Both the position numbers and the translations under genes were made by a program. A stretch of 64,000 nt of DNA from Torpedo marmorata (taxonomy: Eukaryota): positions 259,036,001 to 259,100,000 of the forward strand of contig OZ360220.1 in assembly GCA_977017645.1 (NCBI GenBank), given 5' to 3'. Under the pieces are notes generated by a model. It searched no databases and was not told where the DNA came from. It was given only the letters and a program-made list of their open reading frames with translations. The first letter of the stretch is position 1, and each line of letters begins with the position of its first letter. Positions 37,188 to 49,454 of the stretch are shown one piece after another.

Positions 37188-37863
37188 GTCTGTGTACTTA
37201 TGTCCGCGCAGAGGTGGCAGTGTACCAGGTCTGTGTACGTGTGTCCGCGCAGAGGTGGAAGTGGGCCAGGTCTGTCTAAGTATGTCCGCGCAGAGATGGC
37301 AGTGGGCCAGGCCTGTGTACGTGTGTCCGTGCAGAGGTTGCAGTGGGCCAGGTTTGTGTACACGTGTCCACGCAGAGGTTGCAGTGGGCCAGGCCTGTGT
37401 ATGTGTATCCGCGCAGAAGTGGCAGTGGGCCAGGTCTGTGTACACATGTCTGCGCAGAGGTTGCAGTGGGCCAGGTCTGTGTACGTGTGTCTGCACAGAG
37501 GTTGCAGTGGGCCAGGTCTGTGTACGTGTGTCTGCACAGAGGTTGCAGTGGGCCAGGTCTGTGTATGTGTGTTTGCGCAGAGGTGAGAGTGGGCCAGGTC
37601 TGTGTACGTGCGTCCGCGCAGAGGTAACAGTGGGCCAGGTCTGTGTATGTGCGCCCACGCAGAGGTTGCAGTGGGCCAGGTCTGTGTACGTGCGTCCGCG
37701 CAGAGGTAACAGTGGGCCAGGTCTGTGTATGTGCGCCCACGCAGAGGTTGCAGTGGGCCAGGTCTGTGTACGTGCGTCTGCGCAGAGGTGACAGTGGGCC
37801 ATGTCTGTGTACGTGCGTCCGCGCAGAGGTTGCAGTGGGCCAGGTCTGTGTGCACGTGTCCGT
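37167..37863 (+). repeat. Minisatellite, 17 x 41 bp, containing the exon/intron junction
   Basis: Consensus GCAGAGGTTGCAGTGGGCCAG|GTCTGTGTACGTGTGTCCGC; units start at 37167 + 41n. Confidence 0.97.
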
Positions 37864-38078
37864 GAAAAGTTGGTTGGCTCTGATGGAAAGGCAAATATTA
37901 TGTTAGTCGTCCACCATCAGAGATGTGAACTGTTGGCAGCTTAATCCCATAATTATGTTTGAATTGGTATCTTTGCTAGTTTGCTTATTAAACAATTACT
38001 TTTTCATTGCTAAATATTTCCAAATTTTCTATTATTTCTGTGTCAAACAAAAGGTTTGGAAGTTACATTATAATACAA

Positions 38079-39146
38079 AAGTAAATCACGAAATTCTGTA
38101 GACACCGTGGTTGAAGTAAAAACACAAATGCTGGAGAAGCTCAGCAGGTCAAACAGTGTCTTTTATGTAGCAAAGGTAGAAATACATAACCGACGTTTCG
38201 GGCTTGAGCTCTTCATCAAAGTATGAGAAAATGCCAGCAGGCGTCTGAACAACAGATGATGGGGGGAAGGGGGGTGGCAAAGGCAAGAGATGATAGGTGG
38301 AGAAAGGAGGGAGGGGACAGCAGCAAAGAGGGGGAGGAGGGATGGCTGGGTGGGTGGAAAAACTGGAAGGACAGGGAAGGGGGGAGGGGAAGGAAAAGGC
38401 AAGCAGGTTTAGTGGAAAGCAGAAAAGTCAATGTTAATGCCATCTGGCTGGAGAGTGCCCAGACGGAAAATAAGGTGATGTTTCTCCAATTTGCGGGTAG
38501 TCTGGGTGGGATAGTACATAAGGCCAAGGACAGACATGTGAGTGTGGGAGTGTGACTCGGAATTGAAATGGTTGGCTACTGGGAGGTCGCTGTTGTTGTG
38601 GACGGAGAGGAGGTGTTCAGCGAAGCGGATGGAGAGGAGGTGCTCAGCGAAGCGGATGGAGAGGAGGTACTCAGCGACCTCCCAGTAGCCAACCATTTCA
38701 ATTCCGAGTCACACTCCCACAGTCACATGTCTGTCCATGGCCTTATGTACTATCCCACCCAGACCACCCGCAAATTGGAGGAACAACACCTTATTTTCCG
38801 TCTGGGCACTCTCCAGCCAGATGGCATTAACATTGACTTTTCTGCTTTCCACTAAACCTGCTTGCCTTTTCCTTCCCCTCCCCCCTTCCCTATCCTTCCA
38901 GTTTTTCCACCCACCCAGCCATCCCTCATCCCCCTCTTTGCTGCTGTCCCCTCCCTCCTTTCTCCACCTATCACCTCCTGCCTTTGCCACCCCCCCCCCC
39001 TTCACTATTTTGTTCGGATGCCTGCCGGCATTTTCTCATACTTTGATGAAGGGCTCAAGCCCGAAACGTCGGTTATGTATTTCTACCTTTGCTACATAAA
39101 AGACACTGTTTGACCTGCTGAGCTTCTCCAGCATTTGTGTTTTTAC
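38079..39146. mobile_element. Foldback (palindromic) Penelope-derived insertion with 15-bp TSD
   Basis: Arms 38116-38592 and 38672-39146 are near-perfect reverse complements; TSD TACATTATAATACAA at 38064-38078 and 39147-39161. Confidence 0.93.
39037..39077 (+). ncRNA. Minimal hammerhead motif, sense to SLC24A2 (antisense copy at 38185-38225)
   Basis: CATACT-TTGATGA-AGGGCTCAAGCCC-GAAACGTC-GGTTATG. Confidence 0.7.
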
Positions 39147-39577
39147 TACATTATAATACAATATTGAGGCAAATATATGACTGAGACTGGTCAATGAAAG
39201 GTTTAATACATCTATCCTGTCAAGGTATGAGCATTCAGGCCTGAAACGTTGGTTACCCTTTTCTACCTACAGATGCTGCCTGACATGTTGATTCTCCACC
39301 ACCTTTGTGTATTGCACTACAATCCCAGCGTCTGCAGACTTTTCTATTTAGCTTTATTAATGTGGTACGCTGTATCTTCCTTTCACAAATACTCAGGATA
39401 TCAATTCTCTGAGAACTGTTGATCATAGCTATTCATTCAACTGAGTTAAACTATTAGAATCACTTAAATTACTCCACTAGAATCCTCCCATTTTGTCTGA
39501 TTGTTGCGAAGTCTGAACATTTCTTGGACAATCAGTGTAGTCCAAATGTATTTCTCAAGTTGACTGACAATATCAAC

Positions 39578-39988
39578 TGTTGCGACTATCTTCCTTTATA
39601 AACGCTTGGAAAGAGTAGAGCGTCGTTGTTTATGACTCGTCCAAGAAAAAGTCCATACTAAAGTTGCGTTGAGTTTTTCACAGTTTATTAAAACCTTATA
39701 TCTTAGTAACTACATTACTCTACTTTCTTATACGATTAAAACTATGATAAAACAATTAAAATGATACTTAAACGATGATTATAACGGTCAATAAAATTAT
39801 TCGGACTGTCTCCATTCTTTCCTTTCTCACAGAACAAAGGAAAGTTCAAAACTGATTGTTTATCTTAAAAACGCAAAAGCTAGCCACAACCTTGAAGTTG
39901 GCTGTTACTAGGATACACTCATGGAATGCGTAAACAATATCTGCCGGCTTCTTGCAGAATATGCTTGCAAGTCAATTTAACCCTTACA
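39578..39988 (-). mobile_element. Solo LTR (411 bp)
   Basis: TGTTGCGA...CCCTTACA flanked by TCAAC TSD at 39573-39577 and 39989-39993; minus-strand AATAAA near 39690. Confidence 0.7.
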
Positions 39989-40049
39989 TCAACAGTGAGC
40001 AGTTGTTATTGCCACTGGCCCCAGCTGCACTGATGTTCACACTTCCTGG

Positions 40050-40900
40050 TCTTTATCCTTGTTATCCACAGCTGTGGGCATGTGATCAGCAGCATGAGGG
40101 TTCTTGAATGGACACCTTGGCTATGCTTTCCTGATACATTGATTACTGGATCTGTCTTGGTATATGTTTATATTTTCACTCAAGCCCAGGCTGTTAGCTC
40201 TAATGTGAGAAGTATTTTCTTTAATAGTTTCATGAGTCCAAGTCTATGAGTCCACTGATCTTTGTGCATTATGGACTCTCATTCATCAGTCAGGAGTTAC
40301 TGCTTTTGATACAGCACAGAACAAAACAAGCCAACATTCTGATCCAGTGGTGTTCCACATTTTACTTGCACAATGAGAGTTTTTATTTCTTTGTTTATCT
40401 ATTTATATCCAGAGGATAATTCCATGTTATGAATTGGCAGAATAATTCTTCCTGAGGAACCCGTGAAGCAATATTCTGGGGCTAAGATGGTTGACCTCCA
40501 ACAACCACAACTACTTACCTTTGGGCAAGAGATTTCCTCTTCCACTTTTAATTTTCATTAGGGTTATTGGAGCCACATTCTTTGGACGTTGTCTTAAATC
40601 TCAGGCAATTCGTACTCACCTCTCCTCTACAAATCAACTGTTTTGTCCTGTGTGAGGTCTGGAGTCAATGTGGTTCCAGGAAAAGTCATACTAAGCATCA
40701 GTAAGCAAGCTATTGTAACCCTGACAGTAATGCCTTGATGATTGACAGTAGGCTGATGGAATGGTAATTGGCTGGGAATGATAATTGGAATTTGTACCAC
40801 TTTGCATGGATAGGATGAAGTCTGGGCAATTTTCTAGTGCTGTAGCTGTACCAGAATGGTTTGGACAGATATCACTCTAGGAAAGAATTGCAGCACTGGA
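40050..40900 (-). mobile_element. Ancient decayed CR1-type RT fragment
   Basis: Degenerate remnants on the minus strand of ANY(R)P, LLTDAQ and VVVGGQ...GVPQG; boundaries approximate. Confidence 0.45.
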
Positions 40901-41264
40901 AGTGGAGGGCCTTGCCATTTCTTCACCGATCATCAGCATCACATATTCCTGTACCCCCATGCAGATGAAATTTACATTGGCCCCAACAGCATAACTTAGT
41001 CGAATCTCAAACTGAAGAACATCTTAAACTGGTCAACTGTTTCCATTTGCCTTCATTGTGCTCTCTGCATTCTAAGCATATTTGCTCTAATGTGGACCAT
41101 CGAGAAAGAAGCACCCTTTATTTTACTATGCAGTTGTGAGCAAGTTTGTAACTAACATTCATATTCCAGTTTCAATGCTGCATACTCAGTAAAATAATAC
41201 CAGTTGTTTTTTTTTTTAAATTGTTCCATGAGCAAGTATTTATTTCAATCTAATCCATTAAGAC

Positions 41265-41465
41265 CAGCCATCATCAACGGGGGCCTTGGAAACGCCTTGT
41301 TTTCTTTCACCTCACATAAAACAAATATTTTTATGTTTTTTTTGTAGTTGGTAGGGGAGAAGTACAGAAGAAACCTAAACTTGTCTGCTTCACAGGGAAG
41401 GGGACCCATAAACTTGGAACAGAATCCTAAGGGGGCCATAGCCAAAAAAAGGTTGATAAATGCTG
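41265..41465. mobile_element. hAT (Charlie-like) MITE
   Basis: Imperfect TIRs CAGCCATCATCAAC / GTTGATAAATGCTG; 8-bp TSD ATTAAGAC / ATTTAGAC. Confidence 0.6.
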
Positions 41466-43134
41466 ATTTAGACTAATCCACATGAGGAATAATTCAGCTA
41501 GTTCAGACTTGGTGCAGCCAATGACCAAGCCTCAGTCAGTGGATCACAGGGGGAGACTTTCTCCCCCCTCCCCCCCTCCCCATCTCTCCCTGTTCTTATC
41601 TAAGTCCTTCCTCATTGTCAAAGGCATTTTCAACTGTTGCTAAATATTTCTGTTATTCAGAAATATCTAGAAAGAGTTGAAATATTGTTTCATTTATTTT
41701 AGTCTGTTATTAAAATGAATTTATTTTAAAACACATTAAAATGATGCAAATTAATTAACATCGCTATTAATTAAAAATAGAAATAAACTTACCTTGGCAA
41801 CACAGAACAAAACAAGCCAACGTTCTGATCCAGGTGACTGGGGCTGCACAAGTTGGTAGCTTAAAGCCCAAGAGCTAAATACAAAGTATATCCTACCCCT
41901 CCATACAGTACATCTATCCTTAGCCCCCTCTGCGGAGGGGAGACCTGTGGCACCAGAAATGGACTGCGCACATTCCACTCTGGAGTCTGCAGGCACATGA
42001 ATCAGGAACGTGCTGAGCTGCAAGAGCACCTTGCCAGCTGTTGTCTTCCGAGCCACCAAACCGTAGGTGTGCTTCAGCCCAACTATTGTCAAGGCTTTGT
42101 TAAAGATTACAAAATAACATCAATTAGAGGAAAAATAGTATTCGTTGATTCTGAGCAGCTTTCAAGGCTTCATGGAAATAGGTTTGCCTCCAGGGTCTTT
42201 GTGTACTGTCCTTTTATTTTCTCTCCAAGCAATTGCTCAATTTGCACTTGGAATTGCAGGTTAATCTATTTGCAGCTGTAGTCATAAATTTCAAGTGCTG
42301 CTCAGTTGCAGATCTGCTGATTTGTAATAATGGTGTACACTTGAAAGGGTTTTCACTGCTACCATGACGACATTTGTTTGTGTGGTTGTCACTGACTGTG
42401 CTATCTTCACACTGGCATTGATCCAAATTTCCATAATTACTGCTTTATTGGATTTTCCAGCTTTATTGTCCACCTTGATTGAGCATCCAATTAAAACAAT
42501 ATCCCAAGAACCCTGGATTAATTGTCTTTCATCTTTGTAGGTGGGACATCTATCCAGTGGTGAAAACAAAATGTAGGGCTTTGTTTATATTTTGAGAACG
42601 TGTCCATCAGCTATGTCCTTGCCCGCTTACACTTGCCTAGTTCACCAATCTCTCACATTTAAAATTCTCATCCTCCTGTGGTGCTGTGTGTCTCTCGTTT
42701 ATCCCTCATTATTATGATACAGTGATAGAAAGGTAGTTGGGCAAAACTCTGGAATCCCTCAACGTTGACTTCTCCTGGAAACAGGTCAGATCTCCTTCTG
42801 ATTATTACCTCTTATTCTCTCCAAACTAATTAATCACTGCTCCTCCTTATTGAACGACACTTCAAAGGAGCACTGAAAGTTACAAGAATGTACTCTAGGC
42901 GGGGGACATCAATGTCCGTCACCAGAGCTGGATGAACCCTGAAGGACATAGGATTTAGTTTGTGATGGGTAAAAGGTAACCCAACACAATGGTAAACTTA
43001 CCTCCCCTCATCCTCACCAAACTGCCTGTTATGGATGTATCTGTCTATGATGGCATTGGTAAAACTGACCACCAAACAATCACTGCCCACAAAAAGTTCT
43101 GACTTCACATCAGGGATGCTTGCATCATGTATAT

Positions 43135-43509
43135 CAGTGGTTTTCAAACTGCCCCCCTAAACTCACATTCCACCTTAAGCAATCCCTATGTCATAGGTGC
43201 TCTGTGATTAGTAAGGGATTGCTTAAGGTGGTATGTGAGTGGAAAGAAAAAGTTTGAAAACCACTGTTTTAATCGTACCTCATTGACTCGTTATGTCCAT
43301 GGTTTCATAACTCCAAAGGAAGTGGGCCAATGGTAATTTTTCTCAAGCAAAATATTTCAGTAACAATTGGGTCTAGAGCAGTGGTTCTCAACCTTCCCTT
43401 CCCACTCACATACCACCTTAAGCAATCCCTTACCAATCACAGAGCACTTATGGCATAGGGAACACTTAAGGTGGAATGTGAGTTTAGGAGGGCAGTTTGA
43501 AAACCACTG
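43135..43509. mobile_element. Composite hAT MITE: two inverted ~132-bp units around a spacer
   Basis: Units 43135-43266 and 43379-43509, each bounded by CAGTGGTT(T/C)TCAA...TTGAAAACCACTG; outer TSD ATGTATAT / CTGTATAT. Confidence 0.8.
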
Positions 43510-43545
43510 CTGTATATTCATGCTTAATTGGTTTAAATCAGAACA

Positions 43546-43727
43546 CAAAAAATGCAGATGCTGGAATCTTGAGCAAACAATCTGGAGGGACTCAGCAGGA
43601 CAGGCAATATCCACGGAGAGAGATTATCAGTCAATGTAAAAGGTTCCGACCTGAAATGTTGACTAACCATCTCTGCCCTTGGAATGCTGCCTGACATGTT
43701 GGGTTCCTCCAGCATCTCTTTGTCTGC
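43546..43727. mobile_element. Short Penelope pLTR-derived element with inverted ends
   Basis: CTGGAGGGACTCAGCAGGACAGGCA pairs imperfectly with TGCCTGACATGTTGGGTTCCTCCAG; TSD TTAAATCAGAACA at 43533-43545 and 43728-43740. Confidence 0.7.
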
Positions 43728-44346
43728 TTAAATCAGAACAGATCTGGCTGCTCAAAACAAGCCATCCCTGAAGTGATGTGGACCATCAGGAGCAGCAGAA
43801 TTGTGCACCACTACAGTCTGTAACCTCACAGCCCAGTGTGTTCCTCACTCTGCAATTGCTATAAATCGATGGGATCAACCCTTGTTGATCTTAAAGTGCA
43901 GCAGATCATGCCAGGAGCAGCATCAGACTCACCTAATAATGAAGTATCAATCTGATGAAGCTAAATCTTGGGACTAACTGTGAAATGATAGCAAAAACAG
44001 CCAAGTAATTCCCAGCCAGCCAATCAGATTGAAGTTCTGCAGTCCTGGAACATGAATGGTGGAGAGCAAGGTTCTGAGAGGAGCGTCTAATATATTCCCA
44101 TCCTGAATGATAGTGGGGCTCAGCACGAGTGCTAAAGGTGAGGTTAAAACATTTGCAATAATGTTCAGCTGGAAGTGCAGAGCAATGATCCATCACACTT
44201 CCTCCTGAGATCCCTGTTATCACAAAAGCCATTCTTCGCCAATATCAAGAAATGGTTAAGACACCAGAAGCAGCAAATTCTGTGGGACCAGATAACATCT
44301 CAACCTAATATTGGAGACCTGCACTACAGAAACAACTGTGCCTCCA

Positions 44347-47300
44347 TGATGCACCATCAATAACTCCGAAAGACTAGAAGTTATGTAGGAACTGACAGGC
44401 TTTTATTTACATCGGAATGGATGCACATTCCTGGTGGCCGTCTGTCCTGGACTGGGGAGGGAGCTGTGGCACAATGGCCTTTATTCAGGCGTCTGTGGGA
44501 GGAGCCATAGGCACAGTCAGCAAGGGGCGTGTCCAGACGACTACAAACATATATACAGTGGTTTACCACATTCACCCCTCTTTTTTAAAAAGAGTCCTGC
44601 AGGGTGAAGTGAATTAAAGTTCTCACAGATTGAGTCTTTCAGGTGGTCTGGTCTGCCGCTGTGACCGTCATAGTACCGGCTGCGGCGCAGCTGTTGCATC
44701 CAGTCCTGTTTGGACCACCTGTGTATTGTTGTCGGCTCTGACTTGGTGGATGCGTGGCGGCGAATCTGGCATGCCATCCCCAGGGGCTGGGGTCACTTGC
44801 CATGGCAACAGTGCATTGCAGGTGGTGGTAGGTGGGGGGGGGGGGCGCAGGGTGGTCGGCAATGGTGTCAGGGACTCCTGAGGGCGCGAGGTCCCGAACG
44901 GAGACCATGTCCTCCCACCCATCAGGGTACGTCACGTAGGCGTATTGGGGGTTGACGTGGAGGAGATGGACCCTTTCGACCAGTGGGTTGTGTTTATGGC
45001 TCCTCGCATGCCTCCGGAGTAGAACCGGCCCTGGGGACATCAGCCAGGACGGCAGCGTGGTCCCTGAAGCGGACTTCCTAGGAAAGGAAAACATTCTCTC
45101 ATGTGGATTGGCATTGGTGGCGGTACATAAGAATGATCTAATTGAGTGGAGTACATCGGGGAGGACCTCTTGCCAGTGGGAGACTGGAAGACCTCTAGAC
45201 TTTAGGGCTAGAAGGGTGGCCTTCCAGACGGTAGCGTTCTCCCTCTCCACCTGCCCATTCCCTCGGGGATTGTAACTGGTGGTCCTGCTTGTGGCGATGC
45301 CACTGGCCAGGGTACTGACGCAGCTCGTCACTCATAAAAGAGGACCCCCAGTCGCTATGAATATAGCAGGGGTACCCAAACAGAGTGAAGAGGTTGCGCA
45401 GAGTCTTGATGACTGTGGCAGTGGTCATGTCCGGGCAGGAGACGGCAATAATGTTGAGGAAGTACACATTGCAGTCAGAGGAGGGGAGGGGTCCCTTGAA
45501 ATCGATGCTCAGGCATTCAAAGCGGCGGGTGTCTTTTATCAAGTGCGCTCTGTCTGGTTGATAGAAGTCCAGTTTGCACTCCGCACAGATCTGGCAGTTC
45601 CTGGTCATGGTCCTGACCTCCTCGATGGAGTAAGGTAGGTTGCGGCCTTTTATGAAGTGGAAGAACCTGGTGACCCCGGGGTGGCAGAGGTCGCTGTGGA
45701 GGGCTTGTAAGCGGTCTATTTGTGCGCTGGCACATGTTCCGCGGGATAGGGCATCTGGGGGCTCATTGAATTTTCCGGGCCGGTACAAGATATCGTTATT
45801 GTAGGTGGAAAGTTTGATTCTCCACCTCAGTATCTTGTCATTTTTGATTTTGCCTCGCTGTTGGTTGTTAAACATAAAAGCAACTGAACGCTGGTCAGTT
45901 AGCAAGGTGAATCGTTTTCCGATGAGGTAGTGCCTCCAGTGCCGTACCACCTCGACAATGGCTTGGGCCTCCTTCTTGACAGAGGAGTGTCGGATTTCTG
46001 GGCCCTGGAGGGTGCGGGAAAAGAAAGCTACGGGTCTGCCCGCTTGGTTGAGGGTGGCGGCCAGGGCGAAGTTGGACGCATCGCTCTCCACCTGGAACGG
46101 GGTGGATTCGTCCACAGCGTGCATCGCAGCTTTGGCGATGCGGCTGAAGTCCGCCCGGGCCTCTGACGTCAGGGGAAAAGAGGTGGATTTGACGAGGGGG
46201 CGGGCCTTGTCCACATAATTGGGGACCCACTGGGCATAACACGAGAAAAAGCCCAGGCACCTTTTCAGGGCTTTGAGGCTGTGGGGGAGGGGGAGTTACA
46301 ACAGGGAGCGCATGCGGTCTGGATCTGGGCCAGTTACTGCGTCCTGTACGACGCAGCCAAGGATAGCAAGGCGGGTTGTGCCAAAGACGCATTTATCCTT
46401 ATTATAAGTAAGGTTGAGGAGTTTGGCGGTCTGTAGGAATTTTTGGAGGTTGGCTTCATGATCCTGTAGGTCATGGCCGCAAATGGTAATGTTATCCAGG
46501 TAAAGGAATGTGGCCTGCAGCCCGTGCTGGTCGACCATTCGGTCCATCTCCCGCTGGAAGACCGAGACCACATTGGTGACGACAAAGGGAACCCTCAGAA
46601 AATGATAGAGGCGGCCATCAGCCTCGAAGGCAGTGTATTGGCAGTCCTCCTGGCAGATGGGGAGTTAGTGGTATGCCGACTTTAAATCGATGGTAGAGAG
46701 TACCCGGTATTAGGCAATTTGGTTCACCATGTCGGCTATGCGGGGGAGAGGGTACGCGTCCAGCTGCGTATATCGGTTGATGGTCTGACTATAATCAATG
46801 ACCATCCTGTTTTTTTCCCCATTCTTTACCACCACCACTTGGGCTCTCCAGGGGCTAGTGCTGGCTTCAGTAATCCCCTCCTTCAATATCTGCTGCACCT
46901 CTGACCTGATAAAGGCCCTGTCCCCGGCACTGTACCACCTACTTTTGGTGGCAACGGGTTTACAGTCAGGGGTAAGGTTAGTGAACAGCGGTGGGGGGGT
47001 GATCCCGAGGGTAGAAAGGCCGCAGGTCGCGCGCGGTGGGTGATCTGTGGGTTGCTGTCTGGACGCGATGGGAGGGGAGGCCGGGGAGCTTCTGTGGGTG
47101 AATTGCGGTGGGCGGTTTACAAACTGTGGATTACAGACGGTGAGGGGGGGATGTGGCCCATCGTACTCCAACGTCACGCTTTTAAGGTGACATTGAAAGT
47201 CTAGCCCCAGTAGCACGTAAGTGCAGAGCTGTGACATAACGAGTAGTTTAAAAAGTTTATACTCTGTGCCCAGCACAGTCAGGGTCACTACGCAGTAACC

Positions 47301-48773
47301 GCGAATCTCTGCCATGTGGGACTTGGAAACCTTGGAGACTTTGTGGCTTACCGGCATTACCGTGAGGCGGTAACGCTGTACCTTGTCGGGGTGTATAAAG
47401 CTCTCCATGCTCCCACTATCGAACAGGCAGCTCATCTTGTGGCCGTCCACCTCAACGTCCATCATCGATCTGGCCAGTTGATGGGAGATCCCTTGATCCA
47501 GCGTGATGGAGGCCAGTACTGAGCCGCTGTCGGGTTCCGTAGAATTGATGCGGTGTTCGGTCCCAAGATGGCGCCGAAGAAGCGATCGGGTTTTCGGTCC
47601 CAAGATGGCGCCATCCAAGATGGCGGCCCCCATGGTTCGCACGCGGCGCTGCTGAGTTGGGAAGATGGTGGCGCCCAAGATGGCAGCACCCCTTGCTCGC
47701 ATGCAGCGCTGCTGGGTCTTGAGGGCGGTTTGGACTTGCAGACTTTCGCGTAGTGCCCCTTCTTCCCGCAGCTGGAGCAGACCGCGTCTTTTGCCCGGCA
47801 GCGTTTTCTGGGATGCTTGTCCAGGCCGCAGAAGTAGCACTTCAGCTGATCGCGGAGTATAGCGGCCGTAGTCGAGTCGCTGACGGGATGCGGCGGTGGC
47901 GGTGTTCCACAGGCTTGTGGTCCTCCCGCGTCCCAAGATGGCAGCGCCCTCGGTAACCACGATGTGGCCACGTTATCGGCTGAGTACACGTCCATATTTT
48001 GGAGGGCCACTTCTAGCGTGCCTGCTAGGTCCACTGCCCTCTGCAAATTATGCTCACCCTGCTCCAACAGTCTGCCGTATGTAATTGGATCGGATGCCAG
48101 CGACATAGGCATCTCTAATGAGGTCCTCTGTGTTCGCCACGGCCATTACGGCCTTGCAGCCACAGGCCCGTCCGAGGGTTCGCAGGGCCCGTAGGTACTC
48201 GGCGCTCGATTCCCCGGGTCGCTGTTTTCGGGTAGCCAGGAGATGCCTAGTTTAAACCTCATTTACCTTCTTCAGGTCCTGGCGTCTCAGCATGTCCATG
48301 GCCTCCTGATAAGATTCGGCGTCCCTGATCATAGAATATACCCGGGGCCCGACCCAGGAATGTAGTACTTGCAGTTTGTCTTCCTCAGATTGGACGACAG
48401 TAGCGGAGGCCCTCAAGAATGCCTCAAAACAACGCAGACGGTGTTCAAAACTGTTGGATGCCTCAGGTGATTGAGGATCGAGTTCTAACTTCTCTGGTTT
48501 CAGGTACTGATCCATTATCGAAAGCGATGTAAATAAAATTGATGCACCATCAATAACTCCGAAAGACTAGAAGTTATGCAGGAACTGATAGGCTTTTATT
48601 TACATCGGAATGGATGCACACTCCTGCTGGTCGTCTGTCCTGGACTGGGTAGGGAGCTGTGGCACAATGGCCTTTATTCAGGGGTCTATGGGAGGATCCA
48701 CAGGTACAGTTAGTAAGGGGCGTGTCCAGATGACTACAAATATATATACAGTTATATACAGTGGTTTACCACA
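44347..48773 (-). mobile_element. Full-length Gypsy LTR retrotransposon B (same lineage as A, more decayed)
   Basis: LTRs at 48540-48773 (5') and 44347-44570 (3') differ by ~15 substitutions and a 10-bp duplication; CTCCA TSD; PPT; gag ATG at 48515; frameshifted gag-pol homologous to A, with RT YLDD appearing as YLDN. Confidence 0.95.
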
Positions 48774-49454
48774 CTCCAGATAAGCCTTTCCTCTACAGTT
48801 ACAGCACTAGAAACTGCTTGACAATTGGGAAAGATTCCCAGGTATACCCTGATAGCAAAATGTTGAACAAATCTAATTTGTCTAATTACCATCTATTAAG
48901 TCTACTCTCGATTATCAATAAAATGATTGAGGGTGCATTCATGGTAGTAGCATTTGCATGTAGTACATACTTGCATGTACAGGGATAGATATGGATCAAG
49001 TGCAGGCAGAAGAGCTTTTGATTGATACACAAACATGCTGGAGAAACTCAACAGGTCACACAGCATCCAAAAGGCTCAGGCCAAAACATTGGTTAATTTT
49101 TACTTCTGATGGATGCTGCTTGACCTGCTGAGTTTCCACAACACTTTTATTTATTTTTTTAAAATATTTTATTTAAAAAAATTTTAAATCACACAGTACA
49201 CAGTTTAAAATGCAAAATTATCAGATTACATGTGATACATTTTCACCCTCCCCTCCCTCCCTCCCTCCCCCCCTTCCCTAACCCTCCCGAAAAAAAGAAA
49301 GAAGGAAGAAAAATATAAAGTAAGGAGAATGTCAATCTAAACAAAACTACTGTAAACTAGTTTTATAGTGGAACACAGGTTCGCCAGACAGATCCAATAT
49401 TTGGAGATCTTCAAATCCTTAAACCGACAGTTTTTATATATGGGCTCCATATTT

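Noticed and set aside
37047-37906. Many overlapping Cys/His/Thr-rich ORFs, and a superficial CRISPR-like periodicity
   Set aside because: They are translations of a head-to-tail 41-bp minisatellite with no unique spacers and no cas genes; the context is eukaryotic
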